IMG/VR virus record: IMGVR_UViG_3300047564_002270 | Span: 64,001-128,000 of that record | DNA length: 64,000 nt | Reading direction: 5' to 3' (one strand) | Source: a virus | Shown here: positions 16,582-26,717 of the stretch, in pieces | Numbering within the stretch: position 1 is the first letter of the stretch | Layout of the letters: every line of letters begins with the position of its first letter | Position numbers and translations under genes: made by a program | The notes under the pieces: model-generated | Seen by the model: only the letters and a program-made list of their open reading frames with translations | Database searches by the model: none | Told to the model about the DNA's origin: nothing

Positions 16582-19500
16582 ATGCTTCCTTTATTACTTG
16601 GCGCAGGAAGAATGTTAGCAGCAGGAGCAGCAAGAGGTGCTGCTACAGGGGCAGCAAGAGGAGCAATTGTTGGAGGAATTAAAGAGACTGTAAAGAAAGG
16701 TATTGTTGATGGGGCAAAGAAAAAAGCGACCTCATTTATTAAGAAAAAAACTACCAAAGCTAATAAGAAAATATCTCCAGATAAATTAATACCAAAAGGA
16801 AGTAAGGGTAGTGGCACTGGAGCATTAGTTCGTCGTAAGTCATCTGCAATTGTTCGTCGTCCAACTTCTGCTCTTGTTAAACCCGTCGATAAAGAAACTG
16901 GGGTAGAAGAAAAGCAACAAAAAGAAGAACAAAAACCCTTTGATGGTGGAGATCTAATCAAGGAATTAATTGCAATCAAAGAAACTTTGATTAAAATTAA
17001 AGGAGTTTTTGGATCTAATTTAGCAAATACTTTAAGAAATCAAAGAAGTCAAAGAATTCTTAGAAGTAAAGAAAAGGCATCTAAGAGAGAGGCAGAATTA
17101 GAGAAAAAAGGTCCTGAGAAAAAAGGTAAGATATTAGAGGGTCCTAAAAAGAAACTAAGTTTCTTTGATATGATTTGGAATTATATTAGTAATGTTTTAT
17201 TAGGAAGTCTTGCAAATTTCTTATTTAATTATGTTCCTCAGATTATTAAAATGTTTGGGGAAATTGCTAAAGGTCTTGAAAATCCTTTACAGCAATTAAG
17301 ATTAGGAATAATTGCTCTCACAACTTTATTCCCGAAACAAATTAAGTTTCTTGCTAAACTGACAGGGATGATCATTGGTCCCCCTGCAAGATTGATAGGA
17401 AAACTTTTATTAAAAGCAGGAGGAGTCGCTAAGAACTTATTTAAGAAAGCAGGAACTCTTGTTTTTAATTTAATTAAGGGCCCTCTTACAAATTTAGTAA
17501 AGAGAATTGGTGGAGAAGCATTAGAGCAAGGTATAAAATCAACTGCTAAAGGTGCTGTTAAATTTGCAGGAAAAGCAGCAGCAAAAGCAGGTACTGCTAT
17601 AGGAACTAGTGCTAGATTTTTAAAACGATTTAGAGCATTTTCTAAAATGTTTAAAAGAGTTCCAGTTATTGGGGCTTTGATTGGCATTGGTATTGATATG
17701 GCAATGGGAGAGCCATTGGATCGTGCTATTATAGGTGCTGCCGGTGCTAGTTTAGGTTCAGCAATTGGTGGATTAATAGGACAAGGTGTTATTCCAATTC
17801 CTGGTCTTGGTGCTCTTGTTGGTGCTGGTATTGGTGGTGCTATTGGTGATTGGGGGGCAAAAGAAATTTATAAAAATTTGTCAGGAAGAACTGGTCCAGT
17901 TGATAAGGCAAACCCAATTCCCGTTGAACGTCGTTATGCTGCAGGTAGAGTTGGTGGTGGTTCTAGATCTATGCCAAGTAGGACTACCAATATACAAGCA
18001 AAACCTGCAGTAGCAACAACTAAAGTTTCTGCCGATGTTGAAAGTAAGGCAAAGGAAGATATTCTTAAGGATGAGAAAAGTTTAAACAGATTTAAATCTC
18101 TCTCATCAACTTTTGCAGGAACTCCATTTATTGGTCAGTTATTGAAGATGGGTATTGATATTGGAATGGGAGCACAAGTTCAAAAGACACAGACTGATGC
18201 TGCTGCTCAAGACCTTGGATTTACTATTGGTAAAGCATTAGAAGATGATGAGTTTTCAGTTCCTGGTTTAAACAAAAGAATTATTGGACCTTTATCTAAG
18301 AATTTAACTGAGTGGGCAAAGAAAAGAATATTTTATGAAGTAAAATCAAGAGAAGGATTGTTCCCATCAATCGAAAAATCAAAAGACCAGGCAGGTAAAG
18401 CAGGTGAGGGTGGACAGCAACCAGCAACTGATGGTGGAGGAGTTAATATACAGGGAGGAGATGCTGATTTTTGGACACTGGCAGCAGTAGTTTCTAGAGA
18501 GGATGGTGATCCACAAGGACAGGCAGACGTTGCGCAGTCAATTTATAATAGACTTGCATCCGGTGCTTATGGTGGAAAAACTATAAAAGATTTAATTACC
18601 AGAACCTGGCAGTATGAACCAACTTGGAGATATCCAGGTGGTGCAACTAAAGGAAGAGGTAATCCTAATCCAGAATGGTTTAATATAAAAGATTTAGCTA
18701 GCGCAGCTGCTGCGACAGGAACTTCAGAATTCCACGTTTCTCAAGCTGCTAAAGCTATTCTAGATGCAAACCTTCAAAAAAATTCAAAAGAATTTGTTCA
18801 AGGAAGAACTGATTTTACTGGATACGCTAAATCTGCTAGAAGAGGTCAAATCCAAAGAAAGAGTGGTGACAATTATTTTGGATGGGACTTTAATTATTCT
18901 GGTAATAAAATAGCATTAGTCCCCAATTTCAATGCATCTGCATCATCTTCTTCTGGAGGTGGTGGAGGAGGAAAAAATGAACCTAACGTAGCTCAAAAAG
19001 ACAAAAAAATATTCTTACATTGGACTGCTGGCGGATATAATGATAATCCTAGTGGATTTGGATATAATGCTGTTTTTGATGGTAGTGGAAAGAAACAACA
19101 AATTCGCCCATATAATCAGGCAGGAGAGCATACTTGGCGTAGAAATGCAAATTCTGTAGGACTAGCAGTTGCTGCTATGGGTGGAAAAACTGATCCTTGG
19201 AGTGTTCCTCCTAAAGCAAATCAAATTTCAGCAATGACTGCTGAAGCTGCTAAAATTGCTAAATCTTGGGGTTGGAAAGCATCTGATGTTAATTCCAAAA
19301 ATATTATGACTCACGCTGAGATTGCAAAGATAGATGGTTATGGACCTGGATCTGGTGATAAACAAATGAGGTGGGATTTCCTTCAAACGGAAAAAGGAAA
19401 ACCTGATTGGTCTGGAGGAAATGAACTTCGTAGTAAGATTAAATCTTCTATGGGAGGTGGATATGGTTTTAATCATCAGCATATTGTTCCATCTTTTGCT

Positions 19501-20829
19501 ATGGGTGGAAATCACGTAGTAACTTCATCAATGGGGATGAGAAATTTTGCTCTATCTCCCGGTATGCATATGGGAGTTGACATTGCGGGATCCACTGGAG
19601 AACCTTTGCAAGCATTTACTGATGGAACTGTTGAAGCAACCTCTCCACCATCACCTTCTGCTGGTTATGGAAATTGGGTAAGTTGGATTGATAGCAATGG
19701 TATTGGGCATCTCTATGGGCATATGAACAAGCCTCCTTTTGTAAGAGCGGGTCAAAAGGTAAAGAAAGGAACTGTTCTTGGAGAACTTGGAAGCACTGGA
19801 AAATCTTCAGGACCTCACTTACATTGGGAAGCAGCAACAAATCCACAAGATACTGGAAGACCAAAGAGTTCAGTTCTTTCAAGATTTAATCCACTATCAA
19901 GATATAACAAAGAAGCTCCTTTTGGTGGAACTATTAAATCCGATGGTTCTGTTCCAGAAAGTTCAGGAACTTCATCCAACCACGATGCAGCACCTGGTTC
20001 AACTTCCCCAGGAACTTCGAGTTCAAATCAATTATCTTTCTCTGATAGTGCTCTGACTTCAGGAACAATCTATGGAGATCCTGCTAAGGGTGGTGGATCT
20101 GGAACTAGAGGTAAAATCGTAGAATACTTAACTGGAGATCCTAATAGTCCTAACATTGCAGGAAAAGCATATGATAGGGCAGGACACGGAACACCTGGCA
20201 ATTATCACGATCACGTTGCCTTTAATGATCGTCAGACTGCAATAGATGCTTATAAATTCTTTAAATCAAAAGGTGTAGATGTCACTGAATTTAAAGGATT
20301 TGGTAGTGTTGGTGGCCACGCAATAAATTCTTATCATTATTCCGGTTTAGCATTTGATATTCCAGGATATCAATGGGGTGGAAGTGGTCCTGTTGGTGAT
20401 AAAGATTATGCTGGGTCAAGAAAAGTTAGAGCACTTCTAAATGAATTTTTTGGAGGATCAATACCTGTTGGAAGTGGACCTCCTCCTTCAGATATTGCTC
20501 AAGGATCTCAACCAAATGCAGATGGATCGAATAATGGAGGATTACAGTTCTCTGAATCTGATTTAACTTCGGGAACAATCTATGGAGATCCATCAAAAGA
20601 ATTCTATAAAAAGGAGATGGCAAATATTGATCAACTCAAGCAAAAACCATCTTATGATCAGAGTGGGAAACAAAGTATAGTTATGTTGCCACCTATGCAG
20701 GCACAATCTGCACCAGGACAATCTGGTGGTGGTAGGGGTATTTCACCTATTTCTGGTGGGTTAAATAATAAAGAAGTTTCCGCGCTTTCTGTCCGTCAAA
20801 TTCTAGCATCAGCACTTTATAAAATTTAA
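16582..20829 (+). CDS. Tape-measure-like virion protein 2 with multiple peptidoglycan hydrolase domains
   Basis: Ala/Gly amphipathic N-half; SleB-like (LAAVVSRE...VAQSIYNR), amidase_2 (FLHWTAG...THAE), M23 (HMGVD...YGHM...GPHLHWE) and a further Zn-peptidase-like domain. Confidence 0.85.
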   Translation: MLPLLLGAGRMLAAGAARGAATGAARGAIVGGIKETVKKGIVDGAKKKATSFIKKKTTKANKKISPDKLIPKGSKGSGTGALVRRKSSAIVRRPTSALVKPVDKETGVEEKQQKEEQKPFDGGDLIKELIAIKETLIKIKGVFGSNLANTLRNQRSQRILRSKEKASKREAELEKKGPEKKGKILEGPKKKLSFFDMIWNYISNVLLGSLANFLFNYVPQIIKMFGEIAKGLENPLQQLRLGIIALTTLFPKQIKFLAKLTGMIIGPPARLIGKLLLKAGGVAKNLFKKAGTLVFNLIKGPLTNLVKRIGGEALEQGIKSTAKGAVKFAGKAAAKAGTAIGTSARFLKRFRAFSKMFKRVPVIGALIGIGIDMAMGEPLDRAIIGAAGASLGSAIGGLIGQGVIPIPGLGALVGAGIGGAIGDWGAKEIYKNLSGRTGPVDKANPIPVERRYAAGRVGGGSRSMPSRTTNIQAKPAVATTKVSADVESKAKEDILKDEKSLNRFKSLSSTFAGTPFIGQLLKMGIDIGMGAQVQKTQTDAAAQDLGFTIGKALEDDEFSVPGLNKRIIGPLSKNLTEWAKKRIFYEVKSREGLFPSIEKSKDQAGKAGEGGQQPATDGGGVNIQGGDADFWTLAAVVSREDGDPQGQADVAQSIYNRLASGAYGGKTIKDLITRTWQYEPTWRYPGGATKGRGNPNPEWFNIKDLASAAAATGTSEFHVSQAAKAILDANLQKNSKEFVQGRTDFTGYAKSARRGQIQRKSGDNYFGWDFNYSGNKIALVPNFNASASSSSGGGGGGKNEPNVAQKDKKIFLHWTAGGYNDNPSGFGYNAVFDGSGKKQQIRPYNQAGEHTWRRNANSVGLAVAAMGGKTDPWSVPPKANQISAMTAEAAKIAKSWGWKASDVNSKNIMTHAEIAKIDGYGPGSGDKQMRWDFLQTEKGKPDWSGGNELRSKIKSSMGGGYGFNHQHIVPSFAMGGNHVVTSSMGMRNFALSPGMHMGVDIAGSTGEPLQAFTDGTVEATSPPSPSAGYGNWVSWIDSNGIGHLYGHMNKPPFVRAGQKVKKGTVLGELGSTGKSSGPHLHWEAATNPQDTGRPKSSVLSRFNPLSRYNKEAPFGGTIKSDGSVPESSGTSSNHDAAPGSTSPGTSSSNQLSFSDSALTSGTIYGDPAKGGGSGTRGKIVEYLTGDPNSPNIAGKAYDRAGHGTPGNYHDHVAFNDRQTAIDAYKFFKSKGVDVTEFKGFGSVGGHAINSYHYSGLAFDIPGYQWGGSGPVGDKDYAGSRKVRALLNEFFGGSIPVGSGPPPSDIAQGSQPNADGSNNGGLQFSESDLTSGTIYGDPSKEFYKKEMANIDQLKQKPSYDQSGKQSIVMLPPMQAQSAPGQSGGGRGISPISGGLNNKEVSALSVRQILASALYKI

Positions 20830-20834
20830 GATTA

Positions 20835-22178
20835 ATGTCAAATCAACAGGTTAATGCTTCCGATATTAAAACATTTACTATCTTTCCTACCAATGGAGAT
20901 GATAAAGATAAAGGAGTTGATATTGTAGCCTTAATTCAAGAGTTGAAATATTATGAAAATGTTCTATCAAACTCATTATCTTTGAGTGTTATTGTTGCGG
21001 ATAGTGGAGGATTGGAACTTTATAAAGATAATATGATAGGTATTTTGGACGGAATACCTATTAGAGGTGGAGAAAGAGTTGCTATAGAATTTTCAGACTC
21101 TCAAGAGAAAGAAACTACTTTATCTTTTGGCACTCATAGTTTTTATATTAATAGGATTAAAAACGTTAATCCTGGAACATCCAATGATGTCTTTATTTTG
21201 GAATTATGCACAAGAGAATTTTTGGCAAATGAACAAGCCAGAGTTGTTAAAAGATATGATGGAAAAATATCTGACAGTATTAGAACAATACTGACTGACC
21301 CAAAAGGTCTGAAGACAAAGAAAAATTTGGATATCGATGCAACAGTTCTTCCATATAACTTTATAGGAAATGACAGAAAACCTTTCTATATTTGCACTTG
21401 GTTAGCATCTAAAAGTGTTCCAGAAGCATCCGGAAAAATTAATGGTGCTGCCGGTTATTTCTTTTTTGAAACATATGACGGATTTAAATTTAAATCGATT
21501 GATGTTTTACTTTCCCAACCACCAAAGGATAAGAAAAAATTTGTTTATACTAACGCACCAAATATAGAAGGACCAACAGATTATACTACAAAGATTACCT
21601 ATGTTTCTATTGAAAGAGATATGGATTTGCAACAAAATCTTTTGATGGGAACTTATGCAAATCGTAGTTTGTTCTTTGATTTTTATGCAATGGATTATGA
21701 AATAAGAAATTATAATTTAAAGAACGATCAGAAGGATAAAATTAAACCTGCAGAAGATAATATATTATTTGTTCCTGATGAATTTACACAAACTCCATCA
21801 AGATTTATGAATTTACTTCTGGATCTTGGAGCATTGCCATCTGGAGAAACGCCAGACAAACAACTTGAAACTTGGAAAAATAATCCCAAGCAACCTAACT
21901 TTGATGCACCTCAGACAATGGTTCAAGCAATTATGAGATATAATCAACTATATACAATTAAGACTAACATTGTTATTCCAGGTGATTTTAGTCTTAGGGC
22001 AGGTGATATAATTGAATGTGATTTTCCAGATCTGTCTAAAAAGAACAGTAAAGAGCCAAATAAAGAGACGAAAGGATTATATTTAATTGCCAGTTTATGT
22101 CATAGGATTACACCCAATGATACTTATACAAGTTTAACACTCGTTCGTGATTCGTTCAACAGCACTACCATCAAGTAA
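20835..22178 (+). CDS. Baseplate hub protein (gp27-like)
   Basis: AGYFFFET.DGF.FKSID, IPGDFSLRAGD and G.YLI..LCH motifs; sits between tape measure and gp5. Confidence 0.7.
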   Translation: MSNQQVNASDIKTFTIFPTNGDDKDKGVDIVALIQELKYYENVLSNSLSLSVIVADSGGLELYKDNMIGILDGIPIRGGERVAIEFSDSQEKETTLSFGTHSFYINRIKNVNPGTSNDVFILELCTREFLANEQARVVKRYDGKISDSIRTILTDPKGLKTKKNLDIDATVLPYNFIGNDRKPFYICTWLASKSVPEASGKINGAAGYFFFETYDGFKFKSIDVLLSQPPKDKKKFVYTNAPNIEGPTDYTTKITYVSIERDMDLQQNLLMGTYANRSLFFDFYAMDYEIRNYNLKNDQKDKIKPAEDNILFVPDEFTQTPSRFMNLLLDLGALPSGETPDKQLETWKNNPKQPNFDAPQTMVQAIMRYNQLYTIKTNIVIPGDFSLRAGDIIECDFPDLSKKNSKEPNKETKGLYLIASLCHRITPNDTYTSLTLVRDSFNSTTIK

Positions 22179-22179
22179 A

Positions 22180-22395
22180 ATGGACAGAACACTTCAGCAA
22201 CATATTAATGATGATCTTGATGAATTAAATAACCCAACTACTAGTGGTCAACGCCGTCGTCATCTTGAAGAAGAAGTTGAGGCACTTGAACAGTATCAAG
22301 TAAATCATCCTGATGAAAATTATGATCCAACACCATTAGAGTTATATTGCGATTCTAACCCAAGTGCCTTAGAGTGTAGAGTATACGATGATTGA
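22180..22395 (+). CDS. cp12: CP12 Calvin-cycle inhibitor (phage type)
   Basis: C-terminal PTPLELYCDSNPSALECRVYDD signature. Confidence 0.93.
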   Translation: MDRTLQQHINDDLDELNNPTTSGQRRRHLEEEVEALEQYQVNHPDENYDPTPLELYCDSNPSALECRVYDD

Positions 22396-25333
22396 ACAGG
22401 AATTATTTAAAAAACATTTTCTAGGTAGAGATGGATTTGTCTGGTGGGTCGGGCAGATTGCCGATGCCAAAATGTGGAAGACAAATCAACCTGGAAAAAG
22501 AACTTTAACTAATGCAGATCATAAAGGATTTGCTGAAAGATATAGAGTTCGTATTATGGGATACCATACTGCTGACAAAGAAGCATTAAAAGATAATGAT
22601 CTTCCTTGGGCAACAATAATGTATCCCGTGACTGCAGGTTCTGGAGGAGCAACAGCATCTGAGTCGGCCCAACTTAGACAAGGAACTTTTGTCTTTGGTT
22701 TCTTTATGGATGGTGAAGATGGGCAAGTTCCCGTCATTATGGGAGTTCTTGGGTATAATGAATATACCACAGTAATGCGTAATGTTCCTCCAGTTCCTTT
22801 TCTTCCTTTTGATGGATATGAAAAATTAGATAGAAGATCTCAGCAGGCAATTAAAGAAAAAAAGGAAAAGGTTCAGGCAACTCAAGTAAAACCACCAGGA
22901 AGAACTCCTGTAGATCCACAACCAACAATTCAACAATCAACAGTAGGTCAAAATCAATCTAATCATTCTGCTCAAGAAGAGTCTCAAAAGAAAGAAGGAA
23001 ATATTCCAACACCTGAAGCAAAACCAAGACGTGATGGTCCCAATCAAATTAAAGGATTGCAAATTGATATTCGTAATCTAGTTCAAAAAGTAGAATTAAT
23101 TACAAGAGATCTTTCAAAATTTGGAACAGAACAAAAAGGATTAATTAATAAGTATTCCGAAAAAATACAAAAGGCAATGGATGAGGCAACTAAGTTTGTC
23201 TCAGAAAAAGTTAAGTGGATCGTTAAAGAATTAAGAAAAAATACTGTAGAGAGAGTTAATAATGCAGTAAAAGATACTTATTATTTCTTTTTCCCAAACG
23301 AAAGACCTAAAGTAAAAGCAGCACAGGATAAAGCATTAAATAAAATTTCCTGTGTCTTTGATAAAGTAGTTAAGGGTCTGTTTGGTTTAGTTGGAAAATT
23401 CTTAGGATCACTCGTTAGTAAAATTGTAAATGTTGCTGCTTGTGTGATTGAAAATTTTGTTGGTGGTTTGGTTGGGAAAATAGCAGGATTTCTTTCTGGT
23501 GCTCTTGATAATATTTTAACACCTTTAAATTCTCTACTTGGGTTAGTTTCAAGTATAGGTGCAGTGGGAAATTCTTTAAAAGGATTTAGTGGATTTAAAA
23601 TCGATGCCGTTGCAAATGTTTTTGAGTCAGTTAAATCTTTACGTGGTTTCTTTAGTTGTGAAACAAAACCAGTTTCTCAGGTCACTGACCAATGGAGTAT
23701 ATGGCAGGGGGCAGGTGATAATGGAGAGTCTCTTGCAAAATTAAAGTCAGTATTCGATAAAGCAAAGTCAGTTGGAAGTCAAGCAGTTAGTGCAGTAAAT
23801 CAAGTTACTTCACTTGGAGATTCTATTGGAAGTTCATTAAAGAGTTTAGATTTTTCAGATTTATTTGAGGATACTTGTAATGTTGGCGCAATCTTATGTG
23901 GTCCACCGAAGGTTTCCTTTTTTGGAGGTGGAGGTTTTGGGGCAGCAGCAAATGCTATTGTAAGTGCATCTGGGGATATTATTGGAGTTGATATGATTAG
24001 TCCTGGATCTGGTTATATTGATGCTCCTTTTGTTTCTTTTAGCGACCCTTGCGGAAAGGGTAGGGGTGCAGTAGGAAAAGTAGTTTTGAATAACTTTAAT
24101 AAAGGTGGATCCGGAACAGGACTTGGTTTAGATTCTACTCTAGTTAACTTAGCTAATCAAAATAATTTTTGGTCAGGAGACGAAAATCTAGCATTGTTTG
24201 ATCAGATTTCAAATTCAACTAATTTGGATCCAAATTCTTCAGCAGGAGGAACTGGAACTGACGGAACTGGAACTGGAACTGACGGAACTGGAACTGACGG
24301 AACTGGCGGAACTGGAACTCCAAATAATGATAATATTATTGGAGTCCCTATAGAAATATCTTTAGGTTCTTCTGGAATTGATTATGAAAATTCTTCAAAT
24401 GTTTCCACAATAGGAGGATCCGGAACTGGATTGACAGTCAATATAGAAACTGAGGATGATATTAATCTGGACGAAGATGATGCAATAGGTGGAGCAATTG
24501 TTAGTATTTCGATTTATGATCCTGGAGTTGATTATAAGGTCGGAGATATTGTAAGTATTGAAGGTGGTAGTGGAGGAACATTCAGAATTGATAAAGTTGA
24601 AGGTCCAGCATCTGGGATTGCTGTAAATTCTCAGACTCCATCTGCAGGGGGGATAGCGAGAGTTATTATTATAGATCCTGGAACTGGATATTTACCCGCC
24701 CCCGATGGTGATACTGGTGGGGAAGGAAGAATATGGAAAACAAAAGATCAAACAGAAGTGAGGAGATCGACTTTAGATTATGATAGACCTTACGATCCTG
24801 GTCAAACTATTAATTTAAATCCAGGAGATACAGTTAATCTTCCAATAGGATCTTCGGAAACTATTTCTGATGTAAATGGAAATATTCTGGAAGTTATTCC
24901 CGGTGGAGTTCCATATACTGTTTCCAATTCGGGGACAATTACTGCTCCTGTTGGAATTCAAACCTCTATTATACCAGAATCTCCTACGTTATCTAACGGT
25001 CAATATCCTGTCGTATTGGAACTTGAAGAAGTTTATGTGAAAAATTCTGGGTTTGAGTATAACCCAGAAGATAAAATTGTTATGGAACCAAATCTAGGTG
25101 CAATTTTAGAACCAATTTTTAATGATGTTGGATCCTTACTTGGAGTCAATATTATAAGAGGTGCAGAAGGATTTACTGAGATGCCTGAAATTTATATTGA
25201 AACTGAAACTGGTTATAATGCAGAATTGGTTCCAGTATTCAAGGTAAATAGAGTTGGAGATAATATTGATGTTATGCGTCCTTCCTTGGGAGAGAAAGTA
25301 ATTTCAGTTATTGATTGTGTAGGTAAATTCTAA
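22388..25333 (+). CDS. gp5: Baseplate central spike / hub protein gp5-like (no T4 lysozyme domain seen)
   Basis: FLGRDGFVWWVGQI, RVRIMGYH, LPWA and FGFFMDG...PVIMG OB-fold motifs. Confidence 0.85.
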   Translation: MIEQELFKKHFLGRDGFVWWVGQIADAKMWKTNQPGKRTLTNADHKGFAERYRVRIMGYHTADKEALKDNDLPWATIMYPVTAGSGGATASESAQLRQGTFVFGFFMDGEDGQVPVIMGVLGYNEYTTVMRNVPPVPFLPFDGYEKLDRRSQQAIKEKKEKVQATQVKPPGRTPVDPQPTIQQSTVGQNQSNHSAQEESQKKEGNIPTPEAKPRRDGPNQIKGLQIDIRNLVQKVELITRDLSKFGTEQKGLINKYSEKIQKAMDEATKFVSEKVKWIVKELRKNTVERVNNAVKDTYYFFFPNERPKVKAAQDKALNKISCVFDKVVKGLFGLVGKFLGSLVSKIVNVAACVIENFVGGLVGKIAGFLSGALDNILTPLNSLLGLVSSIGAVGNSLKGFSGFKIDAVANVFESVKSLRGFFSCETKPVSQVTDQWSIWQGAGDNGESLAKLKSVFDKAKSVGSQAVSAVNQVTSLGDSIGSSLKSLDFSDLFEDTCNVGAILCGPPKVSFFGGGGFGAAANAIVSASGDIIGVDMISPGSGYIDAPFVSFSDPCGKGRGAVGKVVLNNFNKGGSGTGLGLDSTLVNLANQNNFWSGDENLALFDQISNSTNLDPNSSAGGTGTDGTGTGTDGTGTDGTGGTGTPNNDNIIGVPIEISLGSSGIDYENSSNVSTIGGSGTGLTVNIETEDDINLDEDDAIGGAIVSISIYDPGVDYKVGDIVSIEGGSGGTFRIDKVEGPASGIAVNSQTPSAGGIARVIIIDPGTGYLPAPDGDTGGEGRIWKTKDQTEVRRSTLDYDRPYDPGQTINLNPGDTVNLPIGSSETISDVNGNILEVIPGGVPYTVSNSGTITAPVGIQTSIIPESPTLSNGQYPVVLELEEVYVKNSGFEYNPEDKIVMEPNLGAILEPIFNDVGSLLGVNIIRGAEGFTEMPEIYIETETGYNAELVPVFKVNRVGDNIDVMRPSLGEKVISVIDCVGKF
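24248..24318 (+). repeat. Tandem GGAACT/GGAACTGAC repeats (GTGTDGTG linker)
   Basis: Directly visible. Confidence 0.85.
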
Positions 25334-25917
25334 TGGCAGAAAAGAAAAATTATCACGCCCATAGAAAAGGGACAAAGGATAGCGAAACTAAGAGAGGACA
25401 TATTCATAACGATAATGTTCTATCTGCTTATATGGTTCGTAGTGGATATGACTATCGACATTATATGACAATGGATGCAGATGCTCATAGAACTGGATGG
25501 ACGATCCTCAGATGCCCTGGAGCATTTAATGTTAAGGCAGGTGATGATATTCCATATAATTCAAATTCAATTTATTTTGAAGCAATTAATGGTGATATTG
25601 TTTTAAAAGCAAAAAATGGAAGAATTAAACTTGATGCTGAAAATATACAATTGATTGCTAAAGGCGGTAGTAATAAAACTGGAACAATTCTTTTAGAGTC
25701 TAACGAAGATATTACATTAAACTCTAAGAATATTAGATTGAATGCTGACTCTGTCTGTAAGTTCTTTTCTTCTGGATCGATGCAAATAGTAGCAGATGCT
25801 TCTATGGACATTTATGCAGGTCTAGCTGATTGTGCTACAGGAGCTTGTAAAATTAAAAAATCTAAATATCCATCTAAAATTGCAAAGATACATAATAAAG
25901 GAAACTTTGTAGTTTAA
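25333..25917 (+). CDS. Probable spike beta-helix protein (gp5 C-terminal-like)
   Basis: NGDIVLKAKNGRIKLDAENI-type beta repeats; coupled to gp5. Confidence 0.6.
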   Translation: MAEKKNYHAHRKGTKDSETKRGHIHNDNVLSAYMVRSGYDYRHYMTMDADAHRTGWTILRCPGAFNVKAGDDIPYNSNSIYFEAINGDIVLKAKNGRIKLDAENIQLIAKGGSNKTGTILLESNEDITLNSKNIRLNADSVCKFFSSGSMQIVADASMDIYAGLADCATGACKIKKSKYPSKIAKIHNKGNFVV

Positions 25918-25925
25918 TATAGAAA

Positions 25926-26714
25926 ATGGCATTTTCTTTCGATGATATTGCTATAGGAAAAAGATTTTTCCTTGGATTTGGAAAACCTGAAATTTTAGGA
26001 AGAGGTCCAGCAGAAATTCGTGGATCTATGTTTGCTGAAGGTCCTGCTATTTTTGGGAACGCTACAGCATTTCCTTCTATTTGGGCAACTGTAATGATTG
26101 GCCCAAATAAGAATAGAGATTCACCCCCCTGCGTAATTCCTGGAAATTTAGCTGCTTGTGGAGGAGTCAATAATTCTCCATACTCTCTTGCAGTCAAAGG
26201 AAATGCTGCTATTTTTAATCATTTAGATGTTTCCAGAAATATTACTGCAGGAACTAATATTTTCGCAGGGGGCAATATTAGAGCACAGGGTGATGTTGTT
26301 TCTCATTGTGGTGGACATCGTTTATCTAATAAGAAAAACTTTGATATTCCCCATCCATCAAAAGAAGGTTGGAGACTGAGACACACTTGTCCAGAAAGTC
26401 CTTCCAATGATGTTTATATTCGAGGTAGAGTTAAAAATAAAACCACAATCGAACTTCCAGAATACTGGAAAGATTTTGTAGATACTAAAAATATCACAGT
26501 TACATTGACTCCAATTGGTTCTCACCAAAGTGTAATCGTAAAGAGTTGGGATAATGAAAAAGTTTATCTCCAATCAAATGGTGGTTTGCCAATTGATTGT
26601 TTCTACACAATCTATGCAGAAAGAGTTGATGGTGACAAACTCATTCCCGAATATGAAGGATTGACGCCTGATGAATATCCAGGAGATAATGGTGAATATA
26701 ATATTAATACTTGA
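25926..26714 (+). CDS. Virion structural protein
   Basis: FDIPHP...LRH.C.E.P...VY.RG and I.LPEYW motifs as in phage fibre C-terminal domains. Confidence 0.6.
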   Translation: MAFSFDDIAIGKRFFLGFGKPEILGRGPAEIRGSMFAEGPAIFGNATAFPSIWATVMIGPNKNRDSPPCVIPGNLAACGGVNNSPYSLAVKGNAAIFNHLDVSRNITAGTNIFAGGNIRAQGDVVSHCGGHRLSNKKNFDIPHPSKEGWRLRHTCPESPSNDVYIRGRVKNKTTIELPEYWKDFVDTKNITVTLTPIGSHQSVIVKSWDNEKVYLQSNGGLPIDCFYTIYAERVDGDKLIPEYEGLTPDEYPGDNGEYNINT

Positions 26715-26717
26715 TTT

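Noticed and set aside
22147-22179. Upstream GTG start for cp12
   Set aside because: Overlaps the hub gene; ATG at 22180 gives a typical-length CP12.
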